DNA from: an uncultured Gemmatimonadales bacterium | Lineage (GTDB): Bacteria; Gemmatimonadota; Gemmatimonadetes; Gemmatimonadales; GWC2-71-9 | Assembly (NCBI GenBank): GCA_963697755.1 | Contig: CAVOPE010000007.1 | Coordinates: forward strand, 38,973 to 102,972 | DNA: 64,000 nucleotides | Direction of reading: 5' to 3' | Shown here: positions 21,702-33,300 of the stretch, piece by piece | How the letters are laid out: the number at the start of each line of letters is the position of its first letter | Position numbering within the stretch: position 1 is the stretch's first letter | Made by a program: the position numbers and the translations under genes | The notes under the pieces: generated by a model | Databases searched by the model: none | What the model was told of the DNA's origin: nothing | What the model saw: only the letters and a program-made list of their open reading frames with translations

Positions 21702-22794
21702 CTATACCGTCTCCTTCACCACCTCCCGCCCCGCGCGCACCAGCCCGGCCACGCGCTCCCCAATCGCCCGCGTGCCGAGCGTCGTCTCGCCCGGGCGGGC
21801 GATGTCGGGCGTCCGCGCGCCGGCGCTGATCACCGCGTCGACCGCCCGGTCGACCGCGTCGGCCGCCTCTAGTTGCTTGAGACCGTGGCGCAGCAGCATC
21901 GCCGCCGAGGCGATGGCGCCGATCGGGTTGGCGATCCCCTTGCCCGCGATATCGGGGGCCGAGCCGTGCACCGGCTCGAACAGCCCGGGACCATCCCCGA
22001 TGGAGGCCGAGGGGAGCAGTCCGAGCGATCCACTGAGCACGGCGGCCTCGTCGCTCAGGATGTCACCGAAGAGGTTCTCGGTGAGCAGCACGTCGATCGC
22101 GGCAGGCTCCGCGACGAGCCGCATCGCCGCGTAGTCGACGTACAGGTGCTCGAGCGTCACGTCCGGATAGCCGGACGCGACGCGCGTCACCGTCTCCCGC
22201 CAGAGCTGGGAGACCTCCAGGACGTTCGCCTTGTCCACCGAGGTCACCCGACCGCGCCGTCCCCGTGCCGCCTCGAACGCGACCCGGGCCACGCGCTCGA
22301 TCTCCGGGACCGAGTAGCGGAGGGTATTCACCGCCGCGTCCCGCTGCAGCGCGCGCGGCTCGCCGTAGTAGAGCCCGCCGAGCAGCTCGCGCACGATGAG
22401 GAGGTCCACGCCGTCGAGCCGTTCGGGGCGCAGCGGTGAGGCGTGCCGCAGCGCCCGGTGGACCACGACGGGCCGCAGGTTCGCGTAGGCGCCAAGGAGC
22501 TTGCGCAACGCGAGCAGCCCGGCCTCGGGGCGCCGGCGTCCTTCCGCCGTCGCCAGCGACGGGTGGCCGACGGCGCCGAGAAGGACCGCGTCGGCCTGCA
22601 CGACCGCGTCCGCGGTCGCCGCGGGGAGTGAATCGCCGGCCTCCGCCACGCCCGCCGCGCCTACAGCGTACGTCTGGCGTCTCGAGCGTCAGCCCGTGGA
22701 CGTCCGCGGCGGCCTGCAGCACCCGCACCGCCTCCAGGGTCACCTCGGGGCCGATACCGTCGCCCGGCAGGACCGCGATCACATAGCGGCTCAT
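21702..22794 (-). CDS. leuB: 3-isopropylmalate dehydrogenase (frameshift near 22670)
   Basis: [13 protein letters not shown] in one frame, then [19 protein letters not shown] and [12 protein letters not shown] in another. Confidence 0.92.
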
Positions 22795-23399
22795 GCGCCG
22801 GCTCCGCGCAGCTCGCCTCCCGCCGCCGCTCGAACGCCGCGATGCTCGGCTCATTCAGGAGGGTCTTGCCGATCTCGTCGAGCCCGCGGAGCAGCATGTC
22901 GCGGCGATACTCGTCCATTCCGAATCCCGAGTCGAAGCCATCGCCATCGCGCACGCGCTGCTCCACCAGATCCACGGTGAGCGTGTAGCCGGCGGCCTCG
23001 GCCCGGCGCGCGAGAACCTGTACCTGCGGCTCCGCTAGGACCACGGGCAGCAGCCCGTTCTGACAGCAGTTGTTGTAGAAGATGTCGGCAAACGACGGCG
23101 CGATGATCACCCGGAAGCCGTACTCAGCCAGCGCCCACGGCGCGTGCTCGCGCGAGACTGCCGCACCCGAAGTTGGCGCCGGTGATGAGAATCGATCGCG
23201 CCCGCGGCCTCGGGCCGATTCAGCTCGAAGCCGGGATTGGGCGACCCGTCGGGCAGGTAGCGCCAATCGAAGAACAGCGAGGGCCCGAACCCGGTGCGCT
23301 CGATCCGCTTGAGGAACTGCTTCGGAATGATCTGATCGGTGTCGACGTTCGCGCGGGGGAGCGAGACGGCGCGTCCGGTGTGCACGGAGAAGGCTGCAT
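22791..23399 (-). CDS. leuD: 3-isopropylmalate dehydratase small subunit (several frameshifts)
   Basis: [22 protein letters not shown] and [26 protein letters not shown] in different frames. Confidence 0.88.
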
Positions 23400-23557
23400 A
23401 CGCCCTTGGATAAATATGTCGAGCTGGGAGCGCCTGCTCGAACAAACGAGATTAAGTCACTTGTGGAAATCGTTGTTCTGCATAGTGTTAGCATCAATCA
23501 ACTAAAGTACATCAGAGGCCTGCATACGGCAGTCACACTCGCTGGATTTCGCGAGCA

Positions 23558-24982
23558 TCACCCTCGCATGTAGCTGCGCACGTCGACCAGTCGCCCTTCT
23601 ACGGCGGCCGCGGCCGCCATCATCGGACTCACGAGATGCGTGCGCCCGCCCTTCCCCTGCCGACCTTCGAAATTGCGATTCGACGTCGACGCGCAGCGCT
23701 CCCCCGGCCCCAGGATGTCGTCGTTCATACCGAGGCACATCGAGCACCCGGGATTGCGCCACTCGAAGCCCGCCTCGGTGAAGATGCGGTCGAGCCCTTC
23801 GAGCTCCGCCTGCGCCTTCACCCGCTGCGAGCCCGGCACCACCATCGCGCGAACTCCGCCCGCCACTTTCCTTCCCCGCGCCACCTTGGCGGCTTCGCGA
23901 AGATCTTCGATGCGGCGCGTTGGTGCACGAGCCCAGGAACACGCGGTCGACCTTGAGGCCCTCGAGCGGCGTGCCCGGGCGGAGCCCCATGTACTCGAGC
24001 GCCCGCGCGTACGACTGCCGGTCGGCCTCGGACGGCGCGTCGGCGGGATCGGGGATCCGCTCGGTGATCTCGGCCGTCATGCCCGGATTCGTCCCCCAGG
24101 TGACCTGCGGGCCCAGTCCCGCCGCGTCGATCGTCACGACCCGATCGTACTCGGCTCCGGGATCGGTTCGAAGCAGCTCCCACCCGCGACGCGCGTGTTC
24201 CCACGCCTGCGCGAGTCGGGGCCCTGGGCGGCCCTGCAGGTACGCGAAGGTGGTGTCGTCGGGTGCGACCAGGCCGGCGCGGGCGCCGGCCTCGATGGAC
24301 ATGTTGCAGACGGTCATCCGTCCTTCCATCGACAGGTTGCGGATGGCGTCGCCCGTGTACTCGATGACGTACCCGGTGGCGCCCTCGGTCCCGATGCGCC
24401 GGATGAGGGCGAGGACCAGGTCCTTCGCCGTGACCCCCGCGGCCGGCACGCCCGTGAATCGGACCTCCATCGTCTTCGGCCGCGCCTGGACGATGCACTG
24501 GGTCGCCAGCACGTGCTCGACCTCGCTGGTCCCGATCCCGAAGGCGAGCGCGCCGAACGCGCCGTGGGTCGACGTGTGCGAGTCGCCGCAGACGATGACC
24601 ATGCCGGGCTGGGTGAGGCCGAGCTCGGGGCCGATCACGTGCACGATGCCCTGCTCCGCGCTACTCGAGGTCGAACAGCTCGACCCCGAACTCCCGCGCG
24701 TTGCTCACGAGCGCCGCCACCTGGCGGGCCGCGATCTGATCGGCGATGGGAAGCCGGCGGTCGCCGGTGGGCACGTTGTGGTCGACGGTGGCCACCGTGA
24801 GCTCGGGCCGCCGCACGCGCCGTCCCGCGAGCCGCAGGCCCTCGAACGCCTGGGGGGAGGTGACCTCGTGGACGAGATGCAGATCGACGTAGAGCAGCGA
24901 GGGGCCAGCCGGGTCGGCTGCACTCCCGCCTCCGTCACGACGTGGGCGTCCCACACCTTGTCGACCAGGGTGCGCGAGGTGC

Positions 24983-24986
<4 letters not shown>
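23558..24986 (-). CDS. leuC: 3-isopropylmalate dehydratase large subunit (several frameshifts)
   Basis: [42 protein letters not shown] and [12 protein letters not shown] spread over four ORF fragments. Confidence 0.92.
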
Positions 24987-26059
<1,073 letters not shown>

Positions 26060-26074
26060 GGTCTCCGTCTCTCG

Positions 26075-26592
26075 TTAGATGTTCGCCGGCACGCTCGCGC
26101 CGGTCTCGGCCAGTCCGGTCTCCAGCGCGACGGCGCCGCTCCGCGCCACCTCCAGCACCTCGAACCGCTCGAGCGCGCGGATGCAGGAGAGCACGAACGC
26201 CTCCGAGCCGGTCATCTCGACGATGGTGGCCTCGGGGTTGTCGTCCACCACGGCGGCGTGGTAGAGCTGCACCACGTCGAGCAGCTCGCCGTAGCGCTCG
26301 CCCGTGGCGCGCACCTTCACCAGCGCCAGCTCGCGGGTGACCCCGTCGCGCGCGGGAAAGGCGACGGCGGCTCGGCACGCCCACCAGCTTCTCGCAGCTG
26401 CTGCACGGCCCGGTTGGCCGTGGCTTCGTCGGAGTGAATCATGATGGTCAGTCTCGAGACGCCCGGCGTCACCGTCGGACCGACGGCGAGGCTGCGTACG
26501 GGCAGGTTCCGCCGCCGGAGCAGTCCGACGGCACGGTTGAAGGTGATCAGACGATCCTCGAGCAACACCGTCACCGCGCGCATCGTGGTCAT
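26075..26592 (-). CDS. ilvN: Acetolactate synthase small (regulatory) subunit, frameshifted
   Basis: ACT-domain N-terminal part plus RELALVKV..IVEMTG..LEVARSG C-terminal part; lies between ilvB and ilvC. Confidence 0.8.
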
Positions 26593-28278
26593 GCGCTGAC
26601 GGTCTCCGACTCGATCGGCTCGCTGAGCGAGGCCCCCGGCGGGATCATCGGGAACACGTTGGCTTCCTGCTCGATGAGGAACTCGACCAGGACGGGACCC
26701 GCGTGGGCGTGGGCCGCGCGCAGCACCTCATCCACCTGCTCGGCGCGCTCCACCCGCCACGCCGGGATGCCGTACGCCTCCGCCAGGGCGACGTAGTCGG
26801 GGCTCCAGATCGGCGTCGCCGAGTAGCGGCGGCCGTGGAAGAACTGCTGCCACTGGCGCACCATGCCGAGGTAGCCGTTGTTGAAGATCGCCATCTTCAC
26901 CGGGATCTGCTCCTGCACCATCGTGGCGATCTCCTGCATGTTCATCTGGAAGCCGCCGTCGCCCGAGATGGCCCACACCGGCTCGCCCGGCCGCGCCAGA
27001 GTGCACGCCGATCGCCGCCGGCACGGCGAAGCCCATCGTGCCGAGCCCGCCCGACGTGATGTGGGTGTTGGGCCGCTGATAGCGGAACAGCTTGGCCACC
27101 CACATCTGGTGCTGACCCACGTCGGAGACGACGGTGCAACGCCCCGCGCTCGCGTCCTCGAGCGCCCGCAGGATGCCCTCGGGCGCCAGGTCGCCCTTGA
27201 AGCTGTCCACCCGCGGCCGCACGAAGCTCGCGATCTCGCCCCGCCAGGTGCCGCAGTCACGCGGCTCGATCGTCGCGAGCAGCTCGCGCAGGATCGTCCC
27301 GCGCGTCACCCACCAGACCGACCGTGACCGGCACGTTCTTGCCGATCTCCGAGGGGTCGAGCTCGATGTGGACGATCTTCGCGCCGCGGGCGAACGCCGC
27401 GAGGTTGCCGGTCACCCGGTCGTCGAACCGGAGCCCGATCCCGATGATGCAGGTCGGCCTGCTGGATCGCCCGGTTGACGTGCACTTCGCCGTGCATGCC
27501 GGGCATGCCCAGATGCAGCGGGTGCGACTCCGGGAACGCGCTGATCCCGAGCAGCGTGGTGATGACCGGTATGCCGGTCTGCTCGGCCAGGGTCTTGCAG
27601 CTCGTCGTACGCGTCGCCAGGATGACGCCGTGGCCGGCCATGATCAGCGGCCGCTGGGCGCGCCCGATGAGCCGGCTCGCCTCCACGATGGCCATCGGCG
27701 TCGGGCGGCCCACCAGCCCCGCGCGGCGGGCCTCCGGTACGCGCGGCGCCGGGTCCGTGTAGGCCAGCTTCTGGTTCTGCACGTCCTTCGGCACGTCGAG
27801 CAGCACCGGGCCGGGCCGACCCTCACGCGCCACGGCGAACGCCTTCACGCACCGCGTCGGCCAGCTCCTCCACGTCCTCGACCAGCCGGCTGTGCTTGGT
27901 GATCGGCTGGGTGATGCCGATGATGTCGGTCTCCTGGAACGCGTCGCGCCCGATCATTGCACGCGACACCTGGCCGGTGATGGCCACCAGCGGCGTGCTG
28001 TCCATGTGCGCGGTGGCGATGCCGGTCACCAGGTTGGTGGCGCCCGGCCCCGAGGTGGCGACGCACACGCCCGGGCGGCCGCTGGCGCGTGCGTAGCCGT
28101 CGGCGGCGTGCGCCGCGGCCTGCTCGTGCCGCACCAGCACGTGCCTGAGCGCCGGGTACTCGGGCAGGGCGTGGTAGAACGGCATGATCGCGCCGCCCGG
28201 GTACCCGAACATGAGATCGACCCCCTCGTCCAGCAGGGTGCGGCAGAGGATCTGGGAGCCGGTGAGCTGCTCCGCCAT
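26589..28278 (-). CDS. ilvB: Acetolactate synthase large subunit (several frameshifts)
   Basis: [50 protein letters not shown] and [23 protein letters not shown]. Confidence 0.92.
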
Positions 28279-29834
28279 CAGACGCCCCACAGTAGACGGC
28301 GTTGAGCGAGCTGGCCTCGAGGCGGTCCGCGTGGTGCGCCTTGTTGAGGGCATGCACCAGCGCGCGGGCGCTCGCCTCGACGATGTCGGTGGACGCGCCG
28401 TTCCCGGTGAGCGACTTGCCGTCCACCTTGACCTGGAGGAACACCTGGCCCACGCTGTCGCGTCCGGGCGTGAGCGAGCGGAGGGTCAGGCTCAGCACCT
28501 CGATCGGCCGCGTGAGGATCTCGCTGATGGCGGTGAACGCGGCCGCGATCGGGCCGTCACCGGTGCCCCGCGCCGACCGCTCGCCCGCCCACGGGCCGGT
28601 CATCCGTACCTCGGCGGTGGGGGTGATGCTGCCGCAGACGACCCGCAGGTGAGTGAGCTGGTATTCCTCGGGCGCATCGTGGAAGCTCTCGTGTACCAGC
28701 GCCAGCAGGTCCTCGTCGAGGATCTCGCGCTTCCGATCGGCCAGGGCGGTGAACTGCCGATAGACCTCCGCGAGCTGCACCTCGCTCAGGTCGTAGCCCA
28801 GCTCGCGGTAGCGTCGTTCGAGCGCGTGCCGGCCCGAGTGTTTGCCGAGCACCAGCGTCGAGCGCGGGATCCCGACCATCTCCGGCCGGATGATCTCGTA
28901 GGTGAGCCCGTTCTGCAGCATGCCGTGCTGATGGATGCCGGCCTCGTGGGCGAATGCGTTCCGTCCCACGATCGCCTTGTTGGGCTGCGGGAAGCTGCCG
29001 GTGAGGTAGGAAAGCAGCTGGCTGGTGCGGTAGATCTCGCGGGTCTCCACGTTGCACCGGAAGCCTAGCGCCGAGCCGCGCACGTGGCTCGCCATCACCA
29101 GCTCCTCCATCGCCGCGTTGCCGGCCCGCTCGCCGATGCCGTTCATGGTGCATTCCACCTGGCGCGCGCCCGGCCGCGATCGCGGCCAGGGAGTTGGCCA
29201 CCGCCAGTCCCAGATCGTCGTGGCAGTGCGCGCTCAGCACGACGCGGTCCGCGCCCGGGACCTTCTCCAGGATGTCCCGGAACATCCGGCCGTACTCCTC
29301 CGGCATGGCATAGCCGACCGTGTCGGGCAGGTTCACCGTGGTGGCACCCTCCTGAATGGCGACCTCGACGATCCGGCAGAGGAACTCGGGGTCGGTCCGG
29401 CTCGCGTCTTCGGCGCTGAACTCGACGTCGTCCGTGTACTGCCGGGCCTGACGGATGGCGGCTCGGGCGCGGGCCAGCACGTCCTCCCGCGTGGTCCGGA
29501 GCTTCTCCTTGATGTGGAGATCCGAGGTCGAGATGAAGACGTGGAGCCGGCCCCGCGCCGCGGGGCCGATCGCCTCGCCGGCGAGCTCGATGTCCCGCTC
29601 ATGGCAGCGCGCCAGCGCCGCCACGACCGGGCGCCGGATCTCGCCGGCGATCTGCTGGACGCTCCGGTAGTCGCCCTCCGACGCCGCGGGGAACCCGGCC
29701 TCCATGATGTCCACGCGCAGCGCATCGAGCTGGCGGGCGAGGCGGAGTTTCTCCTCGGGGGAGAGACTGTTGCCGGGCGCCTGCTCGCCGTCGCGCAGGG
29801 TGGTGTCGAAGATCAGGACGTCGGGGATTGCCAT
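28278..29834 (-). CDS. leuA: 2-isopropylmalate synthase (frameshifts near 29170 and 28292)
   Basis: [45 protein letters not shown] and a C-terminal regulatory domain. Confidence 0.93.
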
Positions 29835-29861
29835 AACGGGGTACCGGCTCGGCTGAAGGTG

Positions 29862-29897
29862 AAACGAAAAGCGCCGCGGACTTCGGGTCCGCGGCGC
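29862..29897 (-). terminator. Attenuator terminator of the leuA-ilv-leu operon
   Basis: mRNA GCGCCGCGGAC-CCGAA-GTCCGCGGCGC-UUUUCGUUU, between the leader ORF and leuA. Confidence 0.85.
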
Positions 29898-29928
29898 CGG
29901 GGCAGTCTGTCGAGACGTTGCTACTGTC

Positions 29929-30030
29929 TCACGTTGCTCGTGTTGGCACGCCGCGAACCCCTTGCTCACCGATAAGGCCGGTAAGCAACAGGCTAAGGAG
30001 CACGATGACGAGCGCGAGGCTGAGCAGCAT
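29929..30030 (-). CDS. Leu/Ile/Val-rich leader peptide (33 aa)
   Basis: [33 protein letters not shown]. 14 of the first 20 codons are Leu/Val/Ile, including CTT and TTG codons. Confidence 0.88.
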   Translation of the reverse strand: MLLSLALVIVLLSLLLTGLIGEQGVRGVPTRAT

Positions 30031-30095
30031 GGTCTGGGCTGTGGTCCTGATCGCTGGAGTCGCCGCCGGGCCGCTGCGGCACCGGCTATTTACAC

Positions 30096-30125
30096 AGGCT
30101 AACGTGCGGACCGTGGGGGTGTCAA
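30096..30125 (-). promoter_or_regulatory. sigma70 promoter of the leuA operon leader
   Basis: TTGACA-N18-TAGCCT on the minus strand. Confidence 0.65.
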
Positions 30126-30139
30126 GTGGGCGCCTCCGC

Positions 30140-30171
30140 TTGACATATTCATTGGCGTGAATAATAATCCA
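30140..30171 (+). promoter_or_regulatory. sigma70 promoter of gltB overlapped by an ARG-box-like operator
   Basis: TTGACA-N17-AATAAT. TGAATAATAATCCA (30158-30171) resembles the ArgR box core, and TATTCA-N6-TGAATA is palindromic. Confidence 0.65.
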
Positions 30172-30174
30172 TCC

Positions 30175-30243
30175 ATGAGCATGCTGCGTACGCCGGCCGA
30201 CGTCCTTATTGATCTCGCCCGCTCCAGGGGAGCGACCGGGTAA
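30175..30243 (+). CDS. Putative gltB leader peptide (22 aa)
   Basis: MSMLRTPADVLIDLARSRGATG*. The ATG lies at the predicted +1, and the 3' end is complementary to the 5' arm of the downstream terminator. Confidence 0.55.
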   Translation: MSMLRTPADVLIDLARSRGATG

Positions 30244-30268
30244 GCGAGCGATTTCGCGCACCATCCCC

Positions 30269-30297
30269 GGCCCGCTCCCACGAGGAGTGGGCCTTTT
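30269..30297 (+). terminator. Intrinsic terminator in the gltB 5' leader
   Basis: GGCCCGCTCC-CACGA-GGAGTGGGCC-TTTT, about 55 nt before the gltB ATG. Confidence 0.8.
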
Positions 30298-30352
30298 GCT
30301 TGCCCCGCATCGGCCTCTCCGGCCGCCAGGGGCGCTCACCGCAGGAGGTACC

Positions 30353-33300
30353 ATGGCCGCCCCTGGGCAGCGGATCCACCCGGCCGGTTCCCGTCCGACC
30401 GACCCCCGACACGCCGCGACCTCGGCCGACGAGGCGCTCGATCCCACGCGCGAGCACGACGCCTGCGGCGTCGGGTTCGTCGCGCACGCGTCGGGCGTGC
30501 GCTCGCACGAGGTCGTCTCCATGGCCTTGGCGGCCGTGGCCCGGGTGGCCCACCGCGGCGCCGCGTCGACGGACAACTCCGGCGACGGGGCGGGACTGCT
30601 GACCCAGATACCCCACCGCCTGTTCTATCGCGACGCCTATCGTCTCGGCCTGCATCTGCAGCCCGGCCTGCCGTTCGGCGTCGGCAGCTTCTTCCTGCCG
30701 CGCGAGCCGCAGGCGCTGGGCGAAGCCGTGGCCATGATCGAGACCGTGCTGGCCGAGGACGGGATCCCCTTCCTGGGCTGGCGCGACGTGCCCACCAATC
30801 CCGCCGCCCTCGGCCCCACCGCGCTCGCGTCGTGCCCGGTGATCCGGCAGGTGCTGGTGGGCCGCCCCGCCCTGGCGGCGGACGAGGAGCAGTGGGAGCA
30901 GTCGCTCTACCTCGCGCGACGAGAGATGGAACGACGCGCGGGCGAGCGCAACTTGCCCGGGTTCTACGCCTGCTCCTTCTCCTGCCGCACCCTCGTCTAC
31001 AAAGCGCTGCTCACCGGGACCCAACTCCCCGCGTTCTTCACCGACTTCAGGTATCCCGAGTACGAGAGCGCGATCGCGGTCTTCCACCAGCGCTACTCGA
31101 CCAACACGCTGCCGAGCTGGCCGCTGGCGCAGCCGTTCCGGCTGCTGGCCCACAACGGGGAGATCAACACCCTGTGGGGCAACCGGAACGCGATGACGAT
31201 GCGGCAGCCGATGCTGTCGTCGCCGATCTGGGGCAAGAAGATCGAGCGCCTGCGGGAGGTGATCTGGCCGGAGGGCAGCGACTCCGCAAGCCTCGACAAC
31301 GCCATGGAGCTGCTGACCCGGTCGGGGCGCGACGTGGTGCACACGTCGATGATGATGGTGCCCCAGGCGTGGGAGAAGTATGCCGATCTCGATCCGGCGG
31401 TGAAGGCGTTCTACGAATACCACCAGTGCGTGCTCGAGCCGTGGGACGGCCCCGCGGCCATCGCCTTCACCGACGGCGTACTCTGCGGCGCGTCGGTGGA
31501 CCGGAACGGCCTCCGCCCTTCGCGGTACAAGGTGCGCCGCGACGGGCTCGTGGTGTCGGGCTCCGAGGTCGGCCTGGTCGACCTCGATCCGCGCGAGGTG
31601 GTGGAGTGCGGCAAGGTTGGACCGGGCGAGGTCCTGGTCGTGGATACTCGCCGAGGCGAGGTCATTCGGAACGTCGATGCGAAGCGCGAGGTGGCGGGAC
31701 GCCGCCCCTACGCCCGCTGGGTCGCCCGCTACATGGCGACGCTCGCGCCCGATCCCGCGCGGGTTCCACCGGTGCACGCCGGCGAGGCGCTCACCCGGGC
31801 GCAACGCAGCTTCGGCTACGGGTTCGAGGACCTCCGGCTCGTGCTCGAGCCGATGGGCGGGACCGGCGCCGATCCGGTCTGGAGCATGGGCGACGACACT
31901 CCGATCCCTCCGCTCTCGGCGGTGCCGCAGAGTCTGTACGCCTACTTCCGCCAGCGATTCGCGCAGGTGACCAACCCACCGATCGACTCGCTGCGCGAGG
32001 CGATGGTGATGTCGCTCCGAATGCACCTGGGCCGCCGCGGCTCGCCGCTGCTCGAACGTCCGAGCTACGCCCGCATGCTCCGGCTCGAGCACCCCGTGCT
32101 GCTGGCCGAGGAGATGACGGCGCTCCGGAACGTGGCCGGCTTCTCGACCGTGACGCTCGACGCGCTCTGGGACACCACCCGCGGGCCGGACGGCCTCAAG
32201 CCGGCGCTCACCGCGCTCCGCCGCGCGGCGGAGCGGGCGGCGCGCCGCGGCGCGCACATCCTCATCATCAGCGACCGCTCGGCCGACGCGACCCGGGCGC
32301 CGATCCCGATGCTGCTGGCGATCGGCGCGGTGCGCCAGCATCTCGTCCACACCGGCCTGCGCGCACGCGTCGGCCTCGTCGCCGAGGCGGGCGACGCGTT
32401 CGACATCCACCACTTCGCGACGCTGATCGGCTACGGCGCCGAGGCGGTTCACCCCTGGCTGGCCCTCGAGTCCCTCGACGGCGTGTTCGGCGAGGGCCGC
32501 GAGCCGTCCCGGCGCGAGCGCGATGCCGACGCGACGCCGAGACCGTCGCCCGCGGAGGCACGACTCCAGTACCGCTCGGCGGCGGAGAAGGGTCTGCTGA
32601 AGATCCTCTCGAAAATGGGCATCTCCACGCTGAGCTCGTATTGCGGCGCCCAGATCTTCGAGATCCTGGGGCTGGGACACGAGGTCGTCAGCACCTGCTT
32701 CGCGGGCACCGCCTCGCCGATCGGCGGCATCGGCTTCGAGGAGATCGCCGAGGACGTGCTCACGCGGCACCGCGCGGCCCACCCCGCGACGGCGGAGGTC
32801 GTGTCCCTGCCCGACCACGGCCGGGTGCGCTTTCGCAAGGATGGCGAGGACCACGGCTGGGCCCCCCCGGTGGTGGTGGCGCTGCAGCAGGCGGTGAAGA
32901 CCAACGGCGCGGACGCGTATGGCGGCTTCCTGGTCAAGAACTCGGGCCGCCGACCCGCCGGCCCGCGCGATCTCCTGGCCGTCCGGCCCGGGACGCCGGT
33001 GCCGCTGGACGAGGTGGAATCCGCGGAATCGATCCGCACGCGGTTCGTGTCGTCCGCCATGTCGCTCGGCGCGCTCTCGCCGGAGGCGCACGCGACGCTC
33101 TCGATCGCCATGAACCGGATGGGCGCCCGCTCGAACTCCGGTGAAGGCGGCGAGGACCCGCACAACTATCACGGCTTCGCCAACGGCGACCGGGCCGACA
33201 ACCGGATCAAGCAGGTGGCGAGCGCGCGGTTCGGCGTCACCACCGAGTACCTGACCCGCGCCGAAGAGCTCGAGATCAAGATCGTGCAGGGCGCCAAGCC

